Part shown: piece by piece, positions 1 through 12,536 of the stretch
Position numbering within the stretch: position 1 is the stretch's first letter
Layout of the letters: each line of letters starts with the position of its first letter
The notes under the pieces: model-generated
What the model was told of the DNA's origin: nothing
What the model saw: the letters and a program-made list of their open reading frames with translations, nothing else
Database searches by the model: none
Program-made: the position numbers and the translations under genes
Assembly: GCA_050084985.1 (NCBI GenBank)
Contig: JBITNC010000001.1
Span: 159,836,001-159,900,000, forward strand
Direction of reading: 5' to 3'
Source of the DNA: Nageia nagi
Lineage: Eukaryota; Plantae; Pinophyta
Length of the DNA stretch: 64,000 nucleotides

Positions 1-719
1 ATACAAAATAGAGATCCAATTGCCCAACGGGTGTATTAATGATATGAAGTGACAACAATACAATACCAGGCCCAAAAGGGCTCAACGTTGGCCTCCAAGG
101 AGCCAACTAGGGTACAACACCTACATAGATGTGATCAATGCTGGAATGGTGGAACATTGGATGGGACAACCTCACTCCCTCAAACCTAGATGCTCTGCTG
201 TAGAACTCCCATGCCTAGAAACCACTGAAGGTAGGAATGCAACCGGATGGATTAAGATGCTGGACCTTAGCTGTAGATCAACAGGATCCCTCAGCCTATT
301 AACCCTCCTAGATGCGCCTAGGGATGTGCTTGACATTGTGCCAAGACTTGTGTCCATTGGACAATATGAGCAATAATAATAATTACATATATCCAACAAT
401 GATGCTCCAAGGCCTAATATAGCTCACCCTGGATCTGGATCTCACCTCAAAGTCATCACCCAACCTTTTTGGTCCAACGTTGGCTTCCTAGAAGCCCCAC
501 AAACCCCAACGATGGTGCCTTGGGGTCACTCCAAGCCCAACGTGGGTATCTAGGCCTCCCTTATGCTACACGTGGGTCTTAGAGGGCATGCATGGGTTAA
601 AGAGGCATGCGTTTGTCATGAGCCAACATGGGGATCTACGAGTCTCCCCAAGGTTGGCGCATGTGTACAAGTGCTCCCAATCTTAATGATGGGGCCATTC
701 GATGATTATCCATGCTCTA

Positions 720-1850
720 TGTGACGTCCCCCTTGCATTATTGTAATTGATTTTGAAATCCAACAGATTCCCCTTTTGTAATATATTTTATTATTACATT
801 CTACTTTCAGTTGTAGCTTGGTATAGAAGACTTAATGGGTCAATCGACCCCATTGTGAGCCCCAAGTGGGATGTCTCCCTCTAGATTAGGTGTTTAATTG
901 TACTTGGCGATCCCAATACATGATTGTGGGAATCCCAAGGTCTATTTAGCACTTAGGTGGATGGATTAGTACTTGTACACATGCTTCAGCCTTAGGGAGA
1001 CTTCTAGACCCCTGCGTTGGCCAGTAACACCCAGGTTTCCCCCTAGATGTTGACACATGCCTCCTATACCCACGCATGCATTCTAGGATCCACATGGAGC
1101 ATGAGGTATGCCCAGATACCCATGTTGAGCCCAGATTGACTCTTAGGTGCCAACATTGGGGCATGAGGATATTGGGTGATGATATTGAGGTGAGATCCAG
1201 ATCCAGGAAAGCTATATTAGCCCTCGAAGCACTCATTGTTGGACATGTTTGATTATTACTACATTCATATCGTTCAGAGCACAAGAAGACTTAGCAACGC
1301 TAAGCAATCCCTTAAGTGTAGCATATAGGAGGACTATCAGTTAGTCTACGGCACTAGAGTAGCACCCTTGCCCATACGGTGGTATTCCAAGGTTGAGCTT
1401 CTACCATTCAATTGGTCACCAAGATTAGAGGAGGGCTCCTTCGATGGAGAGGATTCAAGTTTTGAGGAAGTGAGGCTATCCCATTCGTTCATTCAATTTG
1501 AGAATACATGTTATGTTCGAGTTGGCTCCTTTGAGGCCAATGCCAGCCATCTAGGGCCTGGGATTGTGTTATTGAACATTGTTTATTCTATATACAACCG
1601 GCGGGCATTGGATTTCATATTTGCGCTATAATTGTATATGTATGCAACGTTGTGGTGTGCTTACTCTTCCATGCATGTATGAGCTAGAAGTTGGCATTAT
1701 TGCATTGTAATTACTAGTGTGTGTTTGTATGAGCCAAATGTTAGCATTGTTGTGCTGTAATCACTTGTGTTTGATGCCCTAGACCAGACATTAGGGTTTA
1801 TTTGTGTGTTTTGAGCATTTTGCACTTGATATTGTATTTGGGTCTTTACA
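720..1850 (+). mobile_element. Solo LTR of a related Gypsy family inserted inverted into the 3' LTR of copy A
   Basis: TGTGACGTCC..TCTTTACA with CTCTA TSD (715-719 / 1851-1855); empty site visible in the 5' LTR near 6232; collinear with LTR 53030-54132. Confidence 0.93.
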
Positions 1851-2550
1851 CTCTAGTAGTGTCTAAGTGCTAAATAAGCCTTTGGGATTCCCAAAATCAC
1901 TTTTCGAGATCTCCAAGTACATTAAATCACACTAATCTATACTCGGGAGGGAGATGTCCCACTTAGGGCTCATATTGGGGTCCAATGGCCCATTATGTCT
2001 TCTATCCCAAGTAATACAACTAAAGTAACATTAAATAAGTAAAAATATACAAAGAGGAATCCATAGAATTCCATAATTAATTGCAATGATCAAAGGGGTA
2101 CATCACAAAGCCTCCTCTCTTGAATTGCTTTCCCTCAGGCGATTGTAAAATGCTGCAACATATTGTCTTCCAAGAATCCTTTGGCCTTGTTGCTTGCAAT
2201 TTGCTGGAGTGGAATGAAACTTCAATAAGTCTTCTCCATGGTGAAGATCCTACATGAAACATTGAAGTTGCATCCTCATGTGTCAACATTGCATGCAAAA
2301 ATTCTGATATGTTGCTAAGATCCAATCTAATGCTAGTAATCCACATTAAGTACCAAAATGTCTTCAAACATTTTGGTGCCACCATCCTTAGAAAATATAG
2401 GAGTGTATGCAAAGATGCTGATGTATCCATCCATACTAGGCATCTATTGAACATGTGGGAGACTCCTGGAAGATATACCTGCAAAAACATCAAGTAAATC
2501 AAGCATGAGTAGAAAAAGGTGGAGCCTTTGCTCCATGGATGTGCCCCAAG

Positions 2551-3021
2551 CTTCCCCAAGCTCAACATTGGGTGCCAAACTCCTCCAATCTCCAACGTGG
2601 GGCTCCAGTTCTTCCAGATACTCAACATGGGATGCCAGACTTCCTTCAAAACCATCGTGAGGTGTTGTAGCCTCTCCATGCTCAACGAGGGATGCCAAGA
2701 CTCCCTCATATCTAACGTTAGGTACCCAAGCCTTCCCAAGTCCAACGTGGAAAGCCAGAACTCCTCCATGCCTGATGTGGGGTGCCTAGGCCCCTCCAAG
2801 CCCAACATGGGGTGCAAGAGTCCCTCCATGCTCATCATCAGGTACCAAGGCCCCTCAGTGTCCCATGTGAGGTGTAGAAGCTCTTCCATGTCCAACGTGG
2901 GGTGCAAGAGCCCCTCCAAGCTCAACGTCAAGTACCAAGCCTCCTCAATGTCCAACATGGGTTGCAGAAGCCCATCCAAGTTCAACGTCAAGTGCTAAGG
3001 ATCCTTTATACCCAACGTGGG
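2551..3021 (-). repeat. 30-bp tandem array (~16 units, core CCAACGTGGG) encoding 10-aa repeats
   Basis: Units such as tccaacgtggggtgcaagagcccctccaag start every 30 bp from 2561 to 3011; ORF 2077-2991 reads PTLDMEELLH-like decamers. Confidence 0.9.
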
Positions 3022-3122
3022 ATGTGGGAGCTCATCATTGCTCCTTGCTTGGTGCCAAAGCTCCTTCATGTTCAACATGGGCTCATCTTCTTCCTCCTTT
3101 TTCTGACACCACTCAATCAACT

Positions 3123-5249
3123 CTAATCTTTTGTTGGTGACCTGTGGCCAATCATCGTGAATTCCTGCAATGTGTGGGTCTTACCATCAATCTCGAAGCT
3201 CATGGTGAGATTCTCGTAGTTGGTGTGAATGTCACCCAACTCAAATAGCCATTGCATGCCCAAAATGATGTGAGGATGTCCCTTCAAAGGATAAACATAG
3301 AAATCCTCTCTCACTGTGCAACTCTACAATCTCACCCTAAATCTCTCCATGATTTGGTCCACCAAAGTGAGTTTTCCATTGGCGTTGGAAACTCTGAAAC
3401 CCTCGAACCCCTTGATCTTGAGTTGCAAAGCCCTTATCAATGAAGTTGTGAGATGCACCAGGGTCAATTAAGACCATCACATTCTGGCCACCTACTTGCC
3501 CCACTACCTTCAACTTGAGGTACTTCACCCTATGGAGTGAAGCAATCATGCTCCCCAATGAGCCTTCTGCCTTAGGTGTCTTTTGGTTCAACATGTCCGT
3601 ACTAAGGTCCAAATTTGAGTCGTCCTCTTCCTCTGAAAATATCTCAATGTAATGCACCTGCCCTTTTCCTTAGCAACGGTGTCTTGGCTCCCATGTCTTT
3701 TTGCAGTAGAAGCACTTTCCCTCTTCTCTCAACTTTCTCCAAATGGTAGCGTCCAATTGACTTGTTCGAGGTGGGGGAAAGGGTTTGGACCTGCTAGACC
3801 CCTCTTTCTTTGCAAACGCCCTCCGAGTGGGATGCCCTTTGTGTGTCTGCCCTCCTTTGAGAGATTTCATGGTGGGCTCAAAGTCATATGCAACCCTAAT
3901 GGTGTCATCAAGGTTTCTTAGTGTAGATACCTTGACCATTCCCTACAATGGCTCCATCAATCCTTCTATGAAAAGGAATGTCAACCTCTCCTTAGGAATG
4001 TTATGAATTATGACTGCAACTTTCTGAAACTCGAACACATATTCATCCACCGCACCCTCTTGCTTCAGAGATGTCAACTCTTTGATGTATTCGTTTTCTC
4101 TCTTCCTATTGAACCTCTTCACCAACCTCTGAGAAAACTCATCGAAAAAGGCAATATGGGAGTAATCATGGCTGACCACTCCATGCTACCACCATTCGAG
4201 GGCATCACCCTCAAAGTGCAATGATGCAAAATGAATTGCATCCTCCTCTACCATGTTCGGATGCTGCCACCATTCGAGGGCATCACCCTCAAAGTGCAAT
4301 GATGCAAAATGAATTGCATCCTCCTCTACCATGTTCGGACTCAGTGAAGTAGGTCTACAATTGATGTAGCCAAGCCTTAGCTATCATCCTCTTGCCGTCA
4401 TATAAGGGTACTTGCATTTTATTATTTTTTGTTGCAAATCCCTCTTATCACCCCACGAGTTGCTTTAGAAGTGTGTGCCATGAGAGCTGCCTCGTTTTAG
4501 CCCCGTAATCTCCAAGTAGCCGTTGAAGTTCACATGTCTCCACAATTCTGGATCTAGCATGGAGTATTCTCTGAAAATCTATTTCAGTTTTAGCGAGTTG
4601 AGAATCCGGTTCTTTGTTTCATCAATGGACTTCTTGGCAAACATGGGCTTGGATGGCTTGGGAATGATGGGTTGCTCCCTTATCTTCCCAACATCCTCAT
4701 CTAGGAACCTCCTTAGGAGAGGGTTTGACCTGCGGAGCTCTATGAGAATGGAATGTCAAAAATGTGGGTTCTTGGCAACCCATGGATTAGCCCTCTATCC
4801 CTCAAATTGCATGATCTCCTCAGACTCGGCTCTCTCTCCATCCTATCCTCTTCCCTCAACTCTTCTTCTTCATCTGGAGCAGGACGTGGGGAACTCACAT
4901 GCCTTTCTGGCATATCTTGAACTCCAACGAACTTGTTGATGGCAGTCATTTGCTTCTGCATGGTGGTTATGGTACCCGTCATATTGTGGATGGCTGAAAT
5001 GAGCTCAATAAACCTCCTTTCTAGCGTGGACTCTCTAGCTGGAGTAGAGCTCCTCCTCCTAGTTGATGGGATTTGCTTGTGTCCGCCTCATTCTCCTCGC
5101 CAAAATGGTCCTCAATGATGCCGAAAATCCTCATCTTGTACGGCTCTGTAAGGGGTTTCTTCATTATGCATCTTTCCACTCTTCTTTGCTGAAGCCATCT
5201 CTCTTCTGATGCTAGATCTGGTGTAGTAGTTGTGAACTGTAGGTTTCAT
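3123..5249 (-). pseudogene. Degraded gag-aspartic protease of copy A
   Basis: Starts MKPTVHNYYT; retrotransposon gag LKQEGAVDEYVFEF; zinc knuckle; DPGASHNF protease; stops and frameshifts. Confidence 0.88.
4183..4338. repeat. 78-bp tandem duplication within gag
   Basis: 4183-4260 is repeated nearly exactly at 4261-4338. Confidence 0.9.
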
Positions 5250-5283
5250 TCATAGGTTGGACAAATCGAAGCTCTGATACCAC

Positions 5284-6489
5284 TGTAGAATCCCAATCAC
5301 AAATTCAAGTGCAATTAAGCCAATTCAATCAAACGAGCACCCACGTTTGATCTAGGGCATCCAATTACAACTCAAACAATGCAATAATGCCAAAATATGG
5401 TCTAGATGAGCAATTACAAGCATAAACCACTTTACAATGCCAATGTATGGCTTTTACAATCATGGAAGTGCAAAAGTAACCCAACGATGCAAATATGGAA
5501 GTAAACACGATACAAAATAGAGATCCAATTGCCCAATAGGTGTATTAATGATATGAAGTGACAACAATACAATACCAGGCCCAAAAGGGCTCAACGTTGG
5601 CCTACAAGGAGCCAACTAGGGCATAACGCCTACACAAATGTGATCAATGCTGGAACATTGGATGGGAAAGCCTCACTCCCTTAGACCTAGATGCTCTGCT
5701 GCAAAACTCCCACGCCTGGAAACCACTAAAGGTAGGAATGTGACCTCGGAATGCCATCGGATGGACTAAGATGTTGCACCTTAGCCGTAGATCAACAAGA
5801 TCCCTTAGCCTATTAACCCTCCTAGATGTTGCACCTAGGGATGTGCTTGACGTTGGGCCAAGACTTGTGTCCACTAGACGATATGAGCAATAATAATAAT
5901 TCTGTATATCCAACAATGATGCTGCAAGGCCTAATATAGCTCACCCTGGATCTGGATCTCATGTCAAATTCATCACCCAACATTTCTGGTCCAACGTTGG
6001 CTTCCTAGAAGCCCCACAAACCCCAAAGATGGTGCCTAGGGGTCACTCCAAGCCCAACGTGGATATCTAGGCCTCCCTTATGCTCCACGTGGGTCCTAGA
6101 GGGCATGGGTGGGTTAAGGAGGCATGCATGGGTGTCATTGGCCAACGTGGGGTCTAGGAGTCTCCCCAAGGTTGGCACATGTGTACACGTGCTCCCAATC
6201 TTAATGTTGGGGCCATTAGGTGATTATCCATGTTCAAGTAGTGTCTAAGTGCTAAATAAGCCTTTAGGATTCCCAAAATCACTTTTCAAGATCTCCAAGT
6301 ACATTAAATAACACTAATCTATACTTGGGAGGGAGACATCCCACTTGGGGCTCATAGTGGGGTCCAATAGCCCATTATGTCTTCTATCCCAAGTAATATA
6401 ACTAAAGCAACATTAAATAAGTAAATATATACAAAGAGGAATCTGTAGGATTCCATAATTAATTACAATGATCAAAGGGTGACATCACA
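5284..6489 (-). repeat. 5' LTR of Gypsy copy A
   Basis: TG..CA termini, adjacent PBS, direct repeat of 1-719 plus 1856-2107. Confidence 0.92.
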
Positions 6490-6679
6490 GAAGATGAGAA
6501 AGTACAATAAAATGTTCATTTGTTACTATTGGCAGTATAAGATTTTCGTAGAAGAAACTTGGGAAATCTTAGAAGAAGAAATAACTGTCATATTGTTAAA
6601 CCATGTTGTCATGATAGACACTCATACATTGATAGTTTCACCTTTATATAAAAGACAATAAAGTCAAGCGCGAAAGACC

Positions 6680-7040
6680 TTTAGTATTTTGTTGATGATC
6701 TGCTATGCAAATTAAAAAGAAGAGATGATAATTTGTATGACACAAAATATTTTTCAATTACCAAGACAATACAAATTAAGACTTAAGCCTCCAAAATGTA
6801 AATTTAGAGGAACATTCGGTAAACTCTTAGGTTTCGTTGTTTACAAGAGAGGTACTGAAGTTGATCCAAAGAAGGTCAAAGCTATCACAGAAATCCTACC
6901 TCCTGCAAGCATCAAATAATGCTAAGTATTCAAGGTAAAATTCAAGCAATTAGAAGGCTCATTTCTCAACCTGCAAATATGTTCTCCTTTTAACCATTTA
7001 CCTTTAAAAATGTTAAATTTGAATAAGATGATAAATGTAA
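6680..7040 (+). pseudogene. Degraded Gypsy reverse-transcriptase fragment
   Basis: QYKLRLKPPKCKFRGTFGKLLGFVVYKRGTEVDPKKVKAI, preceded by VDDLL. Confidence 0.8.
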
Positions 7041-7150
7041 AATCCTTTTTTTTATTAATAGGGTAAATATATTAAAAAAAGACACGAATTTTGAAAGACT
7101 CTCTAGCAACCTTCTACATAAAAAGATACCATTTTTAAGATATAGATCAA

Positions 7151-7418
7151 TTTCTTGCAAGGGAGACTGAAGCATAGTGTTCAGATTGGTTGAAAAATGT
7201 TAAAACATAACATTCCGTCTATCTATAAGAGTATGCTAGCTTCAGAAATAACTACTGATTTACATAACCAAAAATGCAAAACATCTCCATTTTCTTGCAA
7301 GAGAGACTGAAGCATAGTGTTCAGATTGGTTGAAAAAAGTTAAAACATAACATTCCGTCTATCTATAAGAGTATGCTAGCTTCAGAAATAACTACTGATG
7401 TACATAACCAAAAATGCA
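7151..7418. repeat. Tandem duplication, 140-bp period
   Basis: 7151-7278 closely matches 7291-7418. Confidence 0.9.
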
Positions 7419-8990
7419 GTATTGTTGGTCTCCTACATCACTATGCATCGCTTTCAGTATCAAGCTTCAGAATATCATGCACTTGTCCATCCTCTTCTTC
7501 TTTAAATCTGAAATTCTCCAGATGGAAATTATACTTGTAAGTACACTGCTCTCTTCATTATTTTGCTTCTGGCGGGATTACTTGGAAGGATTTCATATAT
7601 CAGAATTACTTTGCCTTTCCTGATAATTGCTTCAGGAAGCATTGTATCATGTATTTCACTACTGTCTGGCCTTTTCATTGCTTGAACGTTCTGTCTCTAT
7701 TTGGAGTAACCTGCCTTACATTCTGTGTTGCTTTGTTTTATCAATCTGAATCCCTCTGTTGGTTGGTACTGTTCTCAATCAATGACCTCTCTGGGATTAC
7801 CTTCCTTAACAGTCTCTTCTGATTTTTCTACTCTCTTATGCTGATTTCGTGCTCTCTTTCCTCGAGTTCTTCCTTATAACATCTTGTGTGCTTCGTTCAT
7901 CTTTGTAGTTTCTTTTCCTGTTCTTTATGCTCCAGAATTCGATTCTTAGATTTTTTCTCTTTTTGTCCCCATTTTGGTACAATAGACTGTTTTGATGCTT
8001 CCTTCTTATCAATTTGTTCCCCTACTGTTCAATTGATTCTAGTGGCCAAGGATTTTGATGAACTTTCTCTGTTCTCAGATCTTGCCCTCTTGGACCTATA
8101 ATGTAAAAAATATCAATTGAATGCTTTCATGCTAACACCTTTACAAGTAGATAGGCCCTTCTATTTGTAAGGTTAAAGCTATAGCACATGCCTTAGGCGC
8201 TATGCTAGCACAAGAGGATGATAATAAGTTAATAAAACTCAATAAGACTTCAATTGAATATGAAACTCAATATACTTCAAATAAAAATGTGTTCTGCTAT
8301 AGTTTTTATGATTGAGAAATTAAGATATTATATGTTGAATAACACAACTTATGTCATAGCACAAGCCGACCCACTCAAGTACATGTTATCTAGACCTGCT
8401 AAACGAGTAATAATTTTACAAGAATTACTTTGACTGATGACCAATCTAATGTGTGCTCATTTTCCAACCTTTGGCTTGATTCCTCCTCATCTTCACTTTG
8501 ATGGCCCACTTGTAAGTTCCTTATAACCGCATTGATATCAAAATCATATTGTTTTTCAACTATGATATTGGCCCCAGTGGTTTCTTTTCCATGTTCCCTC
8601 GAGATATCTTCAATTATTACCATTTGCTTTCCCTCATGTTCAAGCTGCTCCCTCTTCTTTCTCTGCTCATCATTTTTAACTTTATCTTCATCTCCTCATT
8701 TTCCTCCTGAAGAAGAGGCCAATTTCCCAAGAGTGAGATTTCTTCTGATGTGCTCTCTTGGTCCCTTTGCAATGAGGAGGTGATCTTTCCTTCTAACAGA
8801 GAGTAAAGGAATCTAATGGCATTACTTCGCTTACTTGAAGAGTTCTTGTTTGAGCAATTTCTTCCCTTTCTTGAGTGGCCTTTGAATCTCCCTCCACATC
8901 TACTATATTGGTCCCATCAGAATTGGTCTTTGGGCCACTAGTAGCATCCGCTTCCTCCTCTGAAGACTGAAGCTAAAGACTGGTTGTATC

Positions 8991-9070
8991 AAAAGGAACT
9001 AGAAGATGAATCAAAACCAAAAGACGAACTAGAAGATGAATCAAAACCAAAAGACAAACTAGAAGATGAT
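8991..9070. repeat. 30-bp minisatellite (about 2.5 copies) in a degraded retroelement ORF region
   Basis: gaactagaagatgaatcaaaaccaaaagac repeated. Confidence 0.8.
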
Positions 9071-12000
9071 GAGCTAGGATTTCGAAGTGGGGTTGACAGG
9101 TTTGGCACTGTCGTCTCATCCTAATTTGGTTCCAAATTATCATTTGCAATCACCTCTTCCTGATCTGGTTCTGGATTATCATCTGCAATCGCCTCTTCTA
9201 GCTAATAGAGAGGAAAATCATCATCACCCATCTCCTTCATAATACTAACATCTTTCTTGATTTCTCGAACAATAGAATGAATTGTTGGCACTAAATTGCT
9301 CATAGTAGCATATTGCCCTATTCGTCCTTGTCGTTATCTCAATCTAGAAGATGTAAATTTCTCATTTATCACCAAAGGAGGTTTATTTGGAGTTTGGATT
9401 TTCCTTTCAATCCTTCCCTTGATAGCCAACATCTCATGGACCCTTCGTATCTCCTTTTCTTCCCTCTTATTTTTATACTTCTACTTTTCTCCAAGGGATT
9501 TATGATTATAGGAGGCAGGGTTTCTGAAAGCCCTTTGGTATAATTGTTGTATTCTCCCATTCGGATCATAATTCTTTGCCCCTTTTTCTTAGCTGAATCG
9601 GTAATATGTCAATCCATCTCTCATCTCCTTGGCCTCTCCCCAATTAGTACATGTATATTCCGTAATGGTAATGGGCAAATTCAAGTTAGCATCCTTCTTC
9701 CTCTATATTTTCTCATATAAATACAACAATTACCTACAAAATTCCATCAGAATCAACCTATTGCTTGAATATCTTGGCAACAAATGAGGCCTCATCTTTG
9801 ATCTATAGACTGTGATGAAGGTATGGTCAACATCTTCTAGATACAAATTTGCATGTCCCCTAATGGCTTCTATAGCTGAGTCTAAAATCCTTTTCACCAA
9901 ATGCTTCCCCTTTATCTCCTTGTAGATCTTATATTCCTATCCATCATTCTTCATGTTAAAGTACTCCCATATATGCAAGACCCACCACTTCGGGTAAGCA
10001 CTACATATAGGGTGGATTTTTCAATAATTTCATGTTGCATGAGCTGTTTTTCTGTTTTTACCATACAAGAGGAGGAAAACTATATAAGTGTTCATATAAA
10101 ATCTCTTAGAAGACCAAACAGTTGCCAATTGCTTAAGGAGTGCATCACTTATCACTTTACTCCGTCTAATCCTTTGCCCATTTCCAATCAAAGCAATGAA
10201 TCTTTTGAACTCCTCCTTGAATTGAAAGTCATCTTCCTTCCTAGTGACTCAGGATACAAGTTGATTATCTTGGAGATAGTAGGGTAGCAATGTTGTCTTT
10301 TAGCATTGATCAACTTATTTTCATTGAATTCTTTGCTTTCATTTTCAAGCCTATCTCTGATCACGTCACCAGGTTTTTGTGATTTTTGCTAATATTCAAG
10401 AGAATCATCTTCTATGTAAATGAGTCCTTCATTGCTTCATCTGAATGTTTCTTCAATTTCCTTATGGGCTGAAGTCCATGATTTTATTCCCTTTAGTGTC
10501 AAAGAGAATCCTTTGCTTAAGGTCACAATGCTTTTCGACTTCAAAACATAGCTGTGGAAATGGAGCGGCAAAAGGGAAGACTAGCAATGACAAGCCCTTG
10601 ATGTGTGGATTATCTTGTCCAACATTTGTGACTCCTCAAATTTCAAAATAGATTGCAAGGTTCTAAAGGGGTCATTGTGAGGCCAATATGTACCTTTGCA
10701 AGGTTGTTTTTGAACTTAGCCTCCTTTTGCAGATCTTTTGGATTTTCTTTCACAAATTCTATATTGGGTTTCATCAACATCAACAATTGTGTCTCCTTAG
10801 TCCTCAATTTGGAATTTATCTTTAACATCTTGAACCTACAAAGGAGACAATACTTGTTTCAAAAGATAAATGTTAGTATGGACAAGCTTGAGATGGATAT
10901 TTGGTCAGATAGGATGCATTGGAATTCGAAGATGATGTGATCATGCAATGGAGGGTGACTAGGGGTGGTCGCACATCAAAAATACTTTACAACTCTAAAT
11001 TTTGAATATGGTGCGACTAATCATGAAAAGAAACATATGGATCTTATATTGTTTGCACCTATGAGAAGCTTTGCCTTTTTATGTCATAATAGAGAACCAC
11101 CATGGTATAATATTCCAATATTACAACATTCCATTTCTTCATTCCTTTTAAGATGGAGCACACATCTTCATTGTGACGTTCAAGCAGTTAGGGTTATTTT
11201 TTATATTTTGTAATGGTTTGGTGTCGATGGGACAAACAAAAATTGAGAGAATTGAATTGTAACAAGAACAATCCTAAACTACCAAAATCACATGAAAGCT
11301 CTCAATTCACATCTAACAATTTCACAAACAAGACAATCTCACAAAGTAACTTAAGATGTAGAGTGGTTCCTTCAACTAGGAGTACATCCACTAACTAGAT
11401 CTTTACTTCAATCACAGATACAACTCTCTTACAATCCTCCTAATCTCAACTCCTACACTTCTATCCTATAGCATAACTTTACTCCACAAATTGGTGTATG
11501 ATCACAAAGAGGGAGCCTTCTATTTATAGGCCAAAATCCCTCTCTAGATCACCATTTTATCCAATGTACAAAAGCATGACATGCACATCCTTTTACCCAA
11601 GGGGCATGTTCATAACATGGAGTGTAGGACAAGTTATATTATCATATTTACTTAAATACTTAAGATATAAAATGATACCTTTAAGTATTAGTGAATTTAC
11701 ATAGAAAATTTAATACAAACCTTTACAATAATGCATTATACATTCCAACACTCCCCCTTAATGCAATATTGGGATAGAGGGAGTAAGAGAGAAGAAGAAG
11801 AGAAAGTAAAAGAGTTCTCCTCCAAACAGATACAACAGAGATGAGAACTTTTTACATATTTGTGAAGTAAGAAAGATCTAGTTTGAGATTCATTACTTTA
11901 CCAAATACAATCATTAACCACAACCGATTTCAATGTACATGAAGTAGTCATCCAACTGAAAGTCATGAAGAGTCTCCAAGAGCCTACATACCTGAGGTAA

Positions 12001-12194
12001 GTAACCTATAAGTCATAAGCAACTCAAATAACAAGATCAATTAGATGCATCATATTCATATCAACAAGGATAGATGAATCACACAAATGCCATCATGAAC
12101 TGATCAATGGTGCACTATAAGTCATCATGAAGATGCCATGCCAAAAACTCAGTCATCTGCTTTATATAAAACATGTGTTAATTATCATTACAAA

Positions 12195-12410
12195 ATAGAG
12201 CAAGCACATACGAATTCCTCACATATGGATAACTGAACAGTGCCAAAAGACACAAGAGTTCCTCACATATGGATAATTGAATAGTGCTAGATTGATAAAA
12301 AAATAGAGTATGCACATACGAGTTCCTCACATATGGATAACTGAACAGTGCCAAAAGACACATAAGAGTTCCTCTCACATGGATAACTGAACAGTGCAAG
12401 ATTGGTCAAT
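12195..12410. repeat. Higher-order tandem repeat in the Copia 3' UTR
   Basis: Four copies of gagttcctcacatatggataactgaacagtgc arranged as an AB-AB pattern, ~109-bp period. Confidence 0.85.
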
Positions 12411-12536
12411 TTGTACAACAAGCTCATCACGTAGAGCGAATTTACCACGAAGGTGTACAATAAAATCAACACTATACAGTACAAAATTCTCCTAGGTGTG
12501 AAGTTGTCATCACAAACATGAATTCAACACAAGAAT

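Larger units (their letters stand above)
1..6489 (-). mobile_element. Non-autonomous Ty3/Gypsy LTR element (gag-protease only, TR-GAG-like), copy A; 3' LTR runs off the window
   Basis: 5' LTR 5284-6489; iMet PBS TGGTATCAGAGC at 5271-5282; degraded gag with CFYCKKTWEPRHRC knuckle; protease VLIDPGASHNFID; no RT/RH/IN; PPT next to 2107; 3' LTR 1-2107 matches 5510-6489. Confidence 0.92.

Noticed and set aside
12195-12410. CRISPR-like repeat/spacer appearance
   Set aside because: Eukaryotic TE context; the 'spacers' are themselves repeated and unequal in length; no cas genes.
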